Notes: a model not told the origin generated them from the letters alone. DNA of 59,773 nucleotides, filler included, from Streblomastix strix (GCA_008636045.1; 3 parts of 3 records of this genome joined end to end with filler, not necessarily neighbours in it); one strand, 5' to 3'. Shown: positions 1-12,948, counted from the first letter of the whole stretch. A program made the numbers and translations.

Positions 1-2
1 TG

Positions 3-812
3 ATATTATAAGGCAGTTAAGGAATAGGCAAGAACAGATTTACAGATGTTTTATGTGAATTATTGGCTGGTTATTCAATTAAAAATATAACAGACATTAG
101 CGAATTTACAGGACAATTTAATTCTGTCGTTGAAAATATAATGCTTGGAATAGCTAATGAACTTAAAAATTTTGGAGAAGCGAGATATTCAAACATGGAC
201 GCGTTGAAGTCAATAATAACAGATAATCAAATAAGAATAAATGAAAAAAATTAACCTCGTCGAACATCAAAAAATGTAATGAATTTGATAATGGTAACAA
301 ATAATGATTTCCCTATTAAGATTGAAGCAAACGATAGGCGTTATGTTGTATGCAGATGTAAGGCAGTTCATAGGGACGACGTCGAATATTTCACATCATT
401 ATCCAATGGCTTCACTACTGAATTTTATAATAATTTATTTACTTATTTTATGACGAGAAATATTGAAGGCTGGAACTAAAGAATCATTCCATTCACAGAA
501 GCGAATAAGGATATAATTAGAGCATCGCGTTCATAACTTGATGATGTAATCTTATAAAATTATTAAGCGTTTAAGGAAGGCGTGCCTTGCACTATAGCAT
601 TATAATTTAAACCATTCGATATTAAAGAAAAATCATTTTAATTATAGCTCAAAAATAAATGTCAAAGAACATAAAAAACAATATTAGGAAAACGAACATA
701 AATATATTAATTGAATGAAGATTTAATAAAATTATATGACAGACTAAGAGAAGAAGACCAAGACATCAATGAAGAATCTAACGAAGACAACAACGAACAA
801 ATCAACGCTTGA
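3..812 (+). CDS. D5-like / SF3 primase-helicase C-terminal part (virus- or Polinton-type), 5' partial
   Basis: One continuous frame with TAA/TAG=Gln: ILQGSQGIGKN (Walker A), LGIANE (Walker B-like), INEKNQP, MVTNNDFPIKIEANDRRYVV. No introns. Ends TGA at 810-812. Confidence 0.85.
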
Positions 813-845
813 ATGTTTAAATAAATTTATTTTTTTCCTCAATTA

Positions 846-999
846 TTGGCCAGTTGGCCAGTTGGCCATAGCTTTTTATAAAAGTTTCTGACCCGATGCA
901 CTCGATGCACTCGGTGCGGCTAAAAGTCATTCAATACCTATTTCATTTATGCGCACCAATTTCATATATTTTATTGATGTTTTACGACTTGATGCACTC
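846..999. repeat. GC-rich short tandem repeats 3' of the helicase
   Basis: (TTGGCCAG)x~3 at 846-868, (CGATGCACT)x2 plus a variant at 894-919, and another GATGCACTC at 991-999. Confidence 0.8.
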
Positions 1000-1158
1000 T
1001 GTTTATAAAAACAAATATATTTTATGTTCAATTTATAATGGTTTCACTAATGAATTCACCAAAAATTTTAGGTTTCCGAATATAATAAAATTTAAATGTT
1101 CAAATCAAAAACAAATCCATCAACCAAATCCAATAACCAACTCCTTCAACTTCACCAT

Positions 1159-1424
1159 GTAGTTATGAGAATATGGAGAGTGCCATACGTTCAAAAATCA
1201 ACATCATTAATCAATTCATTAATCTATTTCAATTTCTATTTTCATTAATCAATTTCAATATTTTCAAACAATAATTTTATTTCAAGTGTTTATTTTCTTT
1301 TACATTATTTATATTATCATATTTATTTTAAATTATTTATTATTATTATTTATTATTATTATTTATTTAACTTTATTTTATTTTATTTTTCAATGTGGGG
1401 CACTCTCCATATTCTCATAACTAC
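1159..1424. mobile_element. MITE-like element with 26-bp perfect inverted repeats
   Basis: GTAGTTATGAGAATATGGAGAGTGCC (1159-1184) is the reverse complement of 1399-1424. AT-rich interior, no clear target-site duplication. Confidence 0.7.
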
Positions 1425-1969
1425 TGGCGATTGATCCATTAAATATTCTGGAAGTAATAAATTTAAATATATATTTTTTTATTAAAAATTCAAAGAATTT
1501 TTGTTTTATATTCTAAAATATCGTTAGAGTTATATTATTATTTTAAAAAATAATCAAATATTAGCTTTTACAAATTATTATTGTTTGAAAATATAAAAAT
1601 TAATAGATATTAAGTGCGTTAAAATAAATTTAGTTAAATTTTGCAATAATTGAAAATAAAATTTTTAATAATATATATTGAACTACATAAATACTAAGTT
1701 TACTTTAAAATTCAGTAAATTTTGTCAAAATACATTAATTAAATTATAATATTTTAAATTAGAAATATTTTAATAAATTTATATAAGAAATATTATGAAA
1801 AATTTTAATTTTTTTCAGATCAACAGTTTAAAAATATTAATATATTAATATAAATATTAAAACAATAATATAAGAAGTGTTTCAAAAGTCCCTTTTCCAA
1901 AACACAATAAGAAATTAATCATAGAATTTATATTAGATAGATATTTTAATTATTCTTATTTAACATTTT

Positions 1970-3003
1970 CATCGTTAAAGATAACGCATCTATGAAATTA
2001 ATTAAATACAGAATCGCAACCAATTTTGTACTACGCTGGTGTGATGTAACTGACAGCTCTAATTATTGCGAATTTCATGTCTATTAAAGATTATGGCTAT
2101 GGTTCATAAACTTTAGCTCTTAAAATTCTATGTAGCCAAAAATCCGAAAGTGTAAGGTCTTATGATCTCGGTGTCTGGGCAAGCTCAAATCCATTTTCAA
2201 CAACTCCATTATCAAAACGGTCTTCCGGCATATCCTTAGTTCTTTCTGCTGAAAGAGCGGACGCTTCAACTTGCTGTAATTATAAATGATCAAGAGTATA
2301 GGATTTTGTGAATATATCTGAATTCAAACAGTAATCTATTAAACGTTTTTTTTTGACAAAGTTATAAATGAAGTATTGATCAAAAACCCTCTCTGAACAA
2401 ATTCCACAAAAAGTTATTAAATTTCCTTGCTTATATATTCATGTGTAACATAATACGGGTTTATTTATGGGTGTTAATCATAGATATAAGTGTATAGAGA
2501 ACTATCAAATAGAAGAGAACATTCTTCAGTAAAAATTCGTTTTCTTTTGAACTATGTATTATTCTCCTGCTGATGTAGCAATGCTTTGCATGCAGCCTTC
2601 CGCTTGGGTGCATCAATAAGTTGTAAGGCATGTCTTCGTTATAGCCGATAGGATTTTAGATCAAGGTTCAATTTTATTCATTCAAATAAAAAAATAAGAA
2701 AGTAAAATTTTCTTAGAAGCGGTTTTAATTGACGAAGTAGTAATCTTCGTTAATAACTTCTTAATCTTTTCGATATTTAAATCATTTATTGCTGTTTTAG
2801 TACGACTTGATCGAAGTATGTCATAAACCTACCCTGAACATTCAAATTTATCATCCATATCCTGTATAAGTTGACTGTAAATTAGCGGATTTCCAGTCCA
2901 ATTTTTTATAACAAGAATCGCGTTTTATTCCGTATAAAAAATCTGTAACTGCTTTTATCATATAAAACATAAGATGCCCAGTTAATATTTACAATGCAGT
3001 CAT
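1970..3003 (-). pseudogene. Degenerate Tc1/mariner-superfamily transposase
   Basis: Motifs in the expected order: KFECSGQVYDILRSSRTKT, LDLKSYRLQ, IFTEEC (FSDE), FCGICSERVFDQYF, LQQVEASALSA (QQDGAPAH), TPRSQDLTLSDFWLHRILRAKVY (PRSPDLTPxDFxLW). Catalytic Asp residues partly lost. Confidence 0.8.
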
Positions 3004-5130
3004 GGGACTCAACTTTGATCTAGCCAAAAATAAAAAAAGTCTAAAATTTAGATTCTTTACAAATTTGAATATATAATTTATCTAAATTTTGATTCACCTT
3101 AAATTAAGTTATAATTATCATCATTCCTAAATAGTATAACTTTTAGCAAAACAACAATCATTAATGGAATTCAACCTGTTTCTGAGCTACTCTCATCATT
3201 TTCCAGTTTGAATTTATTTGAGAGAAGAGTGGAAATTTATTGTTTTATATCTTCTTGATTATTCTTATTTTGATTTGTTCTCTATTAATTTTTTTTTTAT
3301 CTTAAATATCAATAACTATTTTATTTAATAATTTTTCTTAATTATCTATTTTATTACACTTAACCATCTTGCACTTTTTGAACTGAAATTTTTTATATAA
3401 TTATGAGAAAGAAAGATAAGTTTATAAAGCCAATTCATTATTTAACGACTAATCACTAATTTAAATCCTAGATTTTAGTGCCATTATGATACTTTAATAA
3501 AAAATTTAGCTCATCACTAACTCTTTATTCTTCTTTCTCGTCTTCAATTAAATCATCAATTTCAACGATATTAATTTTTGATCATTCAAATTTAGTCAGT
3601 TTTATTTTAATAAAATTATTTTAATATTAGTTTAATTCTTTCTTATGCAGATCGCACTATTTAATAGATTGCACTGTGTGCGGTTTGAAATTTCTTGAAT
3701 AACTCATTATATAGTTTTGATTTAGATTTGATACTGACTATTCTAATAATTTTGTGAATATATATTGTATTAAAATTAAAGAATCTTGTAAATTCTCCCA
3801 TCAAGTATTGTTACATAAACCACATCAAGAAGATGTATTAAATAAAAAATTAATTGAACCTAATAAAATAATTCGCAATATAACTAAAAAAATTTATTAA
3901 ATAATTTTTAAAAAATAGAAAATTTGATAGATAAATTAATAAAATGAAAAGAAATTCAATTAAATTTAATCGTAAAAAATATATAAACATATGATGCGAA
4001 TGAATATGATTCAATAAAACAATTGGATAACTTTATTCATAAAATACTTACGAAAGTAGAAATAAGTAAATAAATAACTTTAGATAATTGTATTATAGAT
4101 GAAGCTGTATTTACTGCAGTATTAAATGAAACTTGTATAATAGTTATGGAAACTCATGATAAAGATATAGATTAGTTGAATTAATATATAAAGAAGCAAC
4201 GATCATATATAATACGGAAGAATAAATAGAACTATCAAATCATTACAAAATTATATTCGAGAATTTGTAAACCATAATTGAACCTATTCGATATTGTCCT
4301 AAATTGAAAGATCAGGTGTTAAAATATTATCAAGAATGTTATAATTCATACCAAAATACTATTATAACTAATAAATAAATTAACCTATTGATTGAAAATA
4401 TATCGAAAAAATTATCTAATGATGAGTAGTCAAATAAATGGTTCTATTTGATTATAAAAAATTTTGATAAAAATTTATTAATTTTATTTAAAAACAAGTA
4501 TGGNNNNNNNNNNNNNNNNNNNNNNNNNNNNNNNNNNNNNNNNNNNNNNNNNNNNNNNNNNNNNNNNNNNNNNNNNNNNNNNNNNNNNNNNNNNNNNNNN
4601 NNNTAGTGAAATTTTGTTGAAGATTCACAAGTTCATATAATATCATTAGTCCAATTTTGTTGGAAAAAGATAAAATTTGTAATTTCTATTTCGATTAAAA
4701 TAACAAATATACTGGATATTATATATATTTCGATAAATTATACGAACAAAATTAATCTGTTCAATATGATTAATATAAGAAAAAAGAATTTTTGTGAACT
4801 TTACTCCTCTACCAACGAACGTACGATGTATTAAAATCCAGAACAGAAACAAATACTATCATTCAATTAGAATAACAAAAAAATTTATTATTGCCTAGTT
4901 ACAGCAAAACTTTGTAAAAATGTTATTTTAAACAGATATGGATAAATTTCATCATTTATTAATATTTAATAAATTTCGATAAAACTTATTTTCTCATTTA
5001 TTCCCAAAAAACTGATTTTCGAAGAAATTTTGACTTTACGATATGAAACTAAAGTTTATAGAAAAGAATAAATTTGTAATAATTTTTATTTATTTTTCGA
5101 ATTAATTTTTTTATTCACATATTTCCATTT

Positions 5131-5299
5131 CTATCAATCAAAAAATAATTAAACATAATGATTTAATATATGGAAGAATTAGTTGAAGCATATGTGGAAT
5201 CTTTGATTTTGTAATACAAAAATAATAACATAAAATTATTAAGATTGAATTTACTTACATCATTTATGCATAATATAATGCATTGCAATCGGAGATTAA
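5131..5299 (+). repeat. ~169-bp direct repeat, copy 1 (copy 2 at 8760-8928)
   Basis: CTATCAAT...ATCGGAGATTAA, near-identical in both places with a few substitutions. Confidence 0.9.
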
Positions 5300-5444
5300 G
5301 ATCAGCTTCGTTGTTTTCAATTATATGGTGATTAGTGAGCTTGATGATGTAGGTTTATTGAAGGATTTAAATTTTTGCAGTGTTAATTTGATTTGGTATT
5401 GTATAAAATTTTTCACTTTCGTAAAAACGTCAAAAAATGCATAT

Positions 5445-6255
5445 GAATGGTTCCGCCCAGGAACGATATCCATAATTTTATTTAACAAAAAATATTGAAT
5501 GAATTTTATTATCAATTTTCATAAGTGCAAAAATGTTAATTTTGCATATTTGTGAAAAACAGAAAAAATATAATTTTTTCTTTACGCTATGAATTTAGTG
5601 AATTTTATCTTGAATTCTTAAAAATTACATTTTTAAAAATATTCAAATTTATTTTATTTCAAAATATTTCAGAAACAGACATACGCGCCGACGTAAATAA
5701 AAAATATAGAATTCTCAATTTTAGCGAGTAATTTTATTTTTTTATGTCATTTTTCAATAAATTTTAATAATAAATTTTATATAATAAATAAATTGAATGA
5801 CAATTTTTTATTTTATATGTGAAACGTGCGCCAAATATGACAGTAAAAAATTCAAAACAGATTTTCTTGAAAATATTGATTAATAGTATGTATATTTATT
5901 AGTCATTTACATTTAAATATTTAAAATTAAACAAAATTAATTAAATTAATAATAATATTAAATGACCATCTTGCAAAAATCAAGAATTTCTTTATCTATC
6001 CATTTTCATCAGCGCGTATGGATGTTTCTGAAATATTATGAAATAAAATAAATTTAAATATTTTTAAAAATACAATTTATAAAAACTCAAGACATAATGC
6101 ACTCAACTCATAGCGTAGAGAAAAAATTATATTTTTTCTGTTTTTCACAAATATGCAAAATTAACATTTTTGCACTTATGAAAATTGATAATAAAATTCA
6201 TACAATATTTTTTATTAAATAAAATTATGGATGTCACTCCTGGGCGGAACCATCC
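5445..6255. mobile_element. Non-autonomous long-TIR (MULE/foldback-like) element
   Basis: Imperfect inverted arms at ~5445-5692 and ~6008-6255 (ATGGTTCCGCCCAGGA ... TCCTGGGCGGAACCAT). Non-coding interior. Confidence 0.75.
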
Positions 6256-7626
6256 AATTTAACGAAAATGTTAATTAGGGTCATTTCAAAATATAGTTTT
6301 TTGAAAATACATAGTACTTATATTAATTTCAATTTTACGAATGATCAAATTTTGATAATAAAAATCGAGGTCCCTCTTGTGGTTAGATAAATTTATTGTA
6401 TCAAAATGATAATGAATGAGTAGATCTAGATAAAAATTTAAGAGTGAAAAAAAATGTCCTCTAAAACTAATTATTTANNNNNNNNNNNNNNNNNNNNNNN
6501 NNNNNNNNNNNNNNNNNNNNNNNNNNNNNNNNNNNNNNNNNNNNNNNNNNNNNNNNNNNNNNNNNNNNNNNNNNNNNTTTGATAATAAAAATCGAGGTCC
6601 CTCTTGTGGTTAGATAAATTTATTGTATCAAAATGATAATGAATGAGTAGATCTAGATAAAAATTTAAGAGTGAAAAAAAATGTCCTCTAAAACTAATTA
6701 TTTAAAAATTATTTAATTTTCTGGACACTAATCAGTTATAGGATAAAACAAAAGAAAACTTAATTTAATTTTTAGATTATATTATTCAAACAAAAATAGC
6801 TCTGAAAATAAGAAAAGATTCTTGAAATGCACCAATCATATATAATCTGTTAATTTTATTTGCATTGATAGCAAATTAAGCTTATTATTTAATAAATTTG
6901 CAAGTAATTAAATTTAAAAATTCAGATAAGCGTTATACAATTTTTTTTAATTTTGTGGAATATTGGCATGGAGCTATTTTAATTATGTTAAATACTAAAT
7001 TAAATTAATAAAAAATAATATATTTGTTAAGTATTTATATTTATTTGAAACTTGGTTGAATACATGTAAGGTGATTGAACGTTTAATTTTCACAGTTATC
7101 ATCTCGAGTGTAGATCATTCAAGCTTCTATAACTATGTTTAGCATCAAATTCGTGATCAGCGCATCAATATTAACTAAGACATTGATTCTCAAGTCATTC
7201 AAAAAACATCAATTTTTCCATGATTTTCTCAGTTTATATAATAAAAATGAAATAAATATATGATAGGTCAAAATTATAGTTAAAAACTTAATATTTCATA
7301 TATCTCTTATACATTGACTTAAGGTCATATCTAGGTCATAGATTCCAAAATCAATCATTTTAATCAATTATGAAACTGCTTATCATCATTAATTTCATCA
7401 AATAATGTATTTCATTCATAGACAAACTATTCGATACAATTATTTCAATTTCATCGATGAAAACTTGATTCGACATACCCATTAACTTTCACATTAATCA
7501 TCTCATTCATCGACTAACTACTCGATCCTATTATTTCAATTTCGTTAATGAAAACTTGATTCGACATCTAGAATTAATCAATATATAATAGAATCATAAG
7601 CTATCACTGCCAATTTGTTATGAAAC

Positions 7627-8029
7627 GTAGTGGTGAACAAAGGGATCAGCCCGTAGAAAAATTAAAAAATTATCGCTATCAATAATCTAATCAAATTAAC
7701 GCACAAAGCAACGTATACCAATATTCAGTTCCATTGCTCGTATAAATAATTTTCATTAGTAAACTTAATCAATAAACTATATAAATAATAATAATCATTA
7801 CTTTTCATTACTAAAGTTATTCATCAAAGATAATTCATTTTCCTTTCACTAGTAAATTTATTCCAATAATCATGATAAATAATGATTATGAGTATTCTTT
7901 AAAAAATAATTCTTCAACAGTTGCATAAAATATCGGTTATTGTTCATCATTTATTATTAAATATATATCAATTTATATGTCGAATAACTTTTTTAATTTT
8001 TCTTAAGGGCTGATCCCTTTGTTCACCAC
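7627..8029. mobile_element. MITE-like element with a 23-bp perfect inverted repeat, extending imperfectly to ~45 bp
   Basis: GTGGTGAACAAAGGGATCAGCCC (7630-7652) is the reverse complement of 8007-8029. Confidence 0.7.
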
Positions 8030-8759
8030 CATTGGGGTTGCTTGGAGTTTATATTCGAAATATCAATAATTTGGTTGGTACAATGATATAAAATTAAACT
8101 ATTCAAAAGAGTAAACCTAAGATGTCAGATCAAGATAAATTTGTGGAATAACTAAGAAAATAAAATGAAATACCTTAAAAATCACCAGATGAAATTATGT
8201 AACACTTGCTTAGAGTTAACTATCGAAAAGCTAACTAATAATCGCATTTTCAACGTTCTGATTGATTTAATTATTTTTGTTGCTTTTGGCATCCGTTTCT
8301 TAATAATTTATCTCAATCAATATGTATAAATAATGGTAAAAATGTGTAAGAATCAATGATATTAAGGGTTGATTTCTCACAATTTTACATTTTCAAATAA
8401 TTGTATTGATTTCCCGTATTCTGAACAAATTGTATAAATTTTGATAAAAATATGCTAGAATCGTTTATAAATAGGGTTAATTTTCCACACTGACCATTTT
8501 GCCTAGAATCGTGGAGGATTGATCTCAAATCACCGTGAAAAAGTTAAGGTACTGGAAAACAGTCATCGTATAATAGTCATGATGCTCTGTAAATGTGATT
8601 CGCTCTGAAAAAAAAATTTTGATTTTAAACGGATTTGTTAAGTAACTTAAGATACATGATGAACCTTTTAAAATTCAAAGTGCTGAAATCTACACATAAT
8701 TGAATACTAATATTGTAATAAAACTTTATAAAAGATAGCTAGCAGATTCAAATTCTAAA

Positions 8760-8928
8760 CTATCAATTAAAAAATAATTAAACATAATGATTTATTATAT
8801 GGAAGAATTAGTTGAAGCAGAAGTGGAATCTTTGATTTTGTAATACAAAAATAATAACATAAAATTATTAAGATTGAATCTACTTACATCATTTAAGTAT
8901 AATATAATGCATTGTAATCGGAGATTAA
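8760..8928 (+). repeat. ~169-bp direct repeat, copy 2
   Basis: Matches 5131-5299. Confidence 0.9.
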
Positions 8929-9119
8929 TGACATTTTTGAAGAAAATATTCCTTCAAAATTTATTTTTGTTCAAAAATTATTATAAGTTTAAATTTAAAT
9001 TTTTATTATTTATTAATTTCTCAAAAAAAATATCGGAATATTAGTATAAAACCTAAAATTTTGAGCGAGATTTAATTTTTTGTCCCCAATTTATTATTTA
9101 GGAACATTGGCAGTTAAAA

Positions 9120-11562
9120 ATGAGCACGAAAGCTGTTCAACCTAAGCCAAAAGGCAAAAATTCTGATAAGAATGCTACAAAAAGGAGTTCTACAGGAAAA
9201 TCTGGCGCCGAAATAGAAGACAAAAGCCCGAAACTGATTCGCGGACATACACAGCGTGAAAAACCATTTGCTAATCATATATTAGAAGAAGCTCGACGTT
9301 AACGTGATATGAATACGCACAAAGATCATCTTAGAGAAATAAAATCGTTTATAGATGATCATAACACCGCAAATTGGACACACCTCAAAACTAAAGGAAA
9401 GAAAATGCAAACGGATGAAGGTGGGTATTGTAAACTGTGAGCTTAATTTTTTTGAATTAAATATTTATTTATATTTATCATTATTATTTGTATTAATAAT
9501 GCTTTAGAAAAGTACAGTGAGATTGAAAAAGATAATGCTCTTTTACTCGCGAAGATGACAGTAATAACAAGGAAAGGAGGTGATGTGGATAATAAAGAGC
9601 CTTTTCCTTATAAGACCTCAATGAATATATACAACAGATCAACTGACCAGGACAAAATTTAGGATGAGAACACATTTAAAGTTGGGCGTCTGCGCAACAA
9701 CACAAATCCAATTCTCAATCATAAGAAATGGGAAGAAGACTATACAGAGACAGAGCGGCAAATGCGAATGGTTAGTAGATATGAATATGTTGAACCAAAA
9801 GATCGTATAAATACAATGCACCCAAAAGATGAACCAGAAGTTTGTGAATTTCATTAATATTTTTTTCATTATTTAGTTTTCTATCTTGTTGTATACATTT
9901 TTATAATATTGTAATAGGAACCTGGTTTAATGACAAACAGAAAATCAAATGCAGCAGCAACCAAAAGAACTCAAGCAGAAGAAACAAAGCGAAGCAGTCA
10001 AAAAGGTTTATTCAATTATTTATTTATTGAGAATTAAATTATAATAAATGTTAATTTTCATTTAAATAGGAAAAACAACCAGACGTACAAAAGGTGATGG
10101 AAGTGGAGAAGCAGATGATGGATATGATTCATAGAGAAGAAGTGGTTAATAAAAGAGTCCAAAATAAGCAAAAAAAGGAATTAAGCAGGATGGTGAAGAA
10201 CCACGAATTATTGATGAAACTCCAATTGAACCAATTGAAGAAGAAGTATTTAATGATGGAAAAGTTGTTGTAACAATCATTGGTGTAAAGGTTTATTTCC
10301 AAACTAGAGTTATATAAATATATCATTAAGGCAATAAAAATTAAAACCTTTATTTATTTGAATATATATATTATATTATTTCAGGATGTAACAGCTATGG
10401 ATTCTAATGGGAAATCTGATCCATTTTTCAAGGTTAATTAATTGAATTAAATAATCCTTTAATTAATGCATATATATTCTTTTATTCAATATTTTAGGTT
10501 AAACTTGGCACAGAATAAAGGACCACAAAGAAAGTTAAAGACACACTCAATGCAGAATTCAATGAAACATTTACATTTGAATACAAAGCTCTGGAACCAA
10601 GGGAAGGAGAAGAAGAAGAATACAAAGCAAATAATGAGATTGTTCTTGAGCTATGGGATTATGACTCACTCAGTGACAATGACTAAATTGGGAAAGTAAT
10701 TGTACCAGTTTGCATAAATCTTTAAGATAATTTAATTGTAACTATTTTTTATTACTAAATTAATCAATAAACTCAGATATACGAGTTCAAGAATAACAAA
10801 TAGCGAAAATAGTATTCAGTTGAAGGTGTGGGCAATTAATATGGTCAAAACGTAGGAGTTGTTGATGTAGAGATTGAATACACAACTAATCCAGAATAAG
10901 AATAAGTATAATAATAATAAGAATAAGTATAAGAATAAGAGTAATAATAAGAGTAATAATAATAACAACCAGAAAATATTAAGGAAGTATAACCTATTTA
11001 GGAATCTCAAAATAATGAGGACTTGTCACCAAAGACTGTATCAATTACACTTGTTGGAGTTAAGGTTTGTATTTAAACTTACAATTATATATAGACATTA
11101 TTAATTTATATATTTGAATATTAATATTTGAATCACATTAGGACGTAACTGGGGTCGATTCAAATGGGAAATCTGATCCGTACATACGAGTATTATTTGG
11201 AGGAAAAGAAAAAGGAAGGACAAAGAAGGTTGCAGATACATTGAATGCAGAATACAATGAAAGTATATCAAATGATTTAATTTTGAAATTGGCAAATACT
11301 TTACTATATAATTTATCTTTTATTATCAGCCATCACGTTTGACTATGATCCAACAGCACAGAACGAGAAATTAATTTTATTGGAGCTTTGGGATCACGAC
11401 ACGATTGGTGATGATGATCAGATTGGAAAGTTTGAGATCTAAACAGATGAATACTTCAACAACAAACATAAGAATCAGATTACATTTGCAGGTGTGAAAA
11501 ATCTGTATGGAAAAGAGGTTGGGATCCTTGACTTTGAACTGGAAATTATTAATAAAGTATGA
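9120..11562 (+). CDS. Multi-exon protein: CFAP97/Hemingway-like N-terminal domain + two C2 domains
   Basis: N-terminal region: EIEKDNALLLAKMTVI...IQDENTFKVGRL...KKWEEDY...MVSRY. C2 motifs: AMDSNGKSDPFFKV...LELWDYDSLSDNDQIG and VDSNGKSDPYIRV...LELWDHDTIGDDDQIG. GT-AG introns, TGA at 11560-11562. Confidence 0.85.
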
Positions 11563-11715
11563 AATTTGCGCGAATGATCAAAATGCAACAGCTTTTGAAA
11601 TTATTTATACACACTTTCATCGTTCCACATAGTGTTGTTTTTTTCACCTCGCATTATATCTTAATATAAAAAATAATAAACAAAATTTAATACAAATTAA
11701 TTAATCTTATTCTTT

Positions 11716-12707
11716 TCACGAGGTTTATTCATGATGCGGTTTATGAAATACTACATGTACGCATTCATCAATAAATACATGAAAGTTAAATTTTAAGTCA
11801 AAAACCTCGATTATTGAATCTTGAGGAAGGGTGACATAGCACTTACTTGGCACATTTACACCATTAACTGCAATATGATCTATAAAATCATCAGATGGAA
11901 TTTTAATTAACTGATCATCTTAATAATATTAGCTCAGTGTTGCAAAATCAATATCTTACACAGATAAACGCCAATTAGCTTCCTAAGTTAGTTTAATCTC
12001 TGCTAAAAGTGTTCTATTTCCATTTTCCTCTCTAATATAATCATTTTCACTTGATTAAATATCAATTCCCTAGTCAATAATAATTTTTCTATCTTATATA
12101 TATAAACTAATTCTCTGAGAAGTAATTAATTCATCTCTTTCGATTGTGCTTAATGATGCAATTATAATACTATCTTAGTCACCTTCTGGTAAATTAGCTC
12201 CACCATAATAAGATTCTGTGGTAACATTGCATTCTGCTTCTATCAAATTCTTGCGTGCTTCATCAATCTTTATTGGAGGAGCAATAAGATAAGCTGGCAT
12301 TCGAGTAAGAATCGTCCCAAAGCGCTTCTCAAGATCAGCAGGAGACTTGGAGCTCTCCTCTTTATCAAATAGGCAGATGTCTTTAAGTCGCTGTATTCCA
12401 TCAGATCCATACAGTAGAAAATAATAACGCATCTCAATCTATCTCAGTGTGTGCTCTTCACGGTGATTCCCCGTGTTGAAATAGTGCATGAAGCTCTTGT
12501 CAAGCTCTGTGGATCGTATCAAAGCTAGATCATCCTATAGAACAAAAATTAATATTAAAAGAAAAATAAGCTATATGATAAGCACTTATCTTAATATTAT
12601 GCATACTTCTATTGTCCAACCATCATCTAATAAAACAAATTTTATCTTATACAATATAAAAAATATAACAGCAGACCTTAGAACTCTTTAAATGTATCAA
12701 AATCCAT
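11716..12707 (-). CDS. MCRS1 (microspherule protein 1)-like protein with divergent C-terminal FHA-like domain
   Basis: After splicing two introns: GWTIEDDLALIRS...HTLRQIEMRYYFLLY, resembling the MCRS N-terminal W..DDLLLI...FTLxExxxRWYALLY pattern. C-terminus IAVNGVNVPSKCYVTLPQDSIIEVFDLKFNF resembles the last FHA strands. Confidence 0.65.
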
Positions 12708-12948
12708 CTAAATTTTATATTTATATATAAATATATAAATAAAAAGTATCAGCAATAAAAAAATTAATATAGGAAATGAAAACATTTTCATTGATTTGTT
12801 CATCAATTTTTACAGCAGTAATTCATAATATTAGATGATTGATTAATGATAAACTGTGAAATAATAATATATTCATAATAATGTGCAATTTTGGACAATA
12901 TAACACAGAAAGAGCGCACACTGTATACAATTTAGTTAGATAATTCGG

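Noticed and set aside
3640..5050. Coding-like + strand stretches around the first gap
   Set aside because: Broken frames and no recognisable motif, so no call can be supported.
6350..6704. Identical ~128-bp sequence on both sides of an N gap
   Set aside because: Typical unmerged contig overlap. The same applies to the duplication around 23292-23650.
7440..7567. 36-bp repeat pair (TATTTCAATTTC..GAAAACTTGATTCGACAT) as CRISPR-like
   Set aside because: Only two imperfect copies, no cas genes, eukaryotic context.
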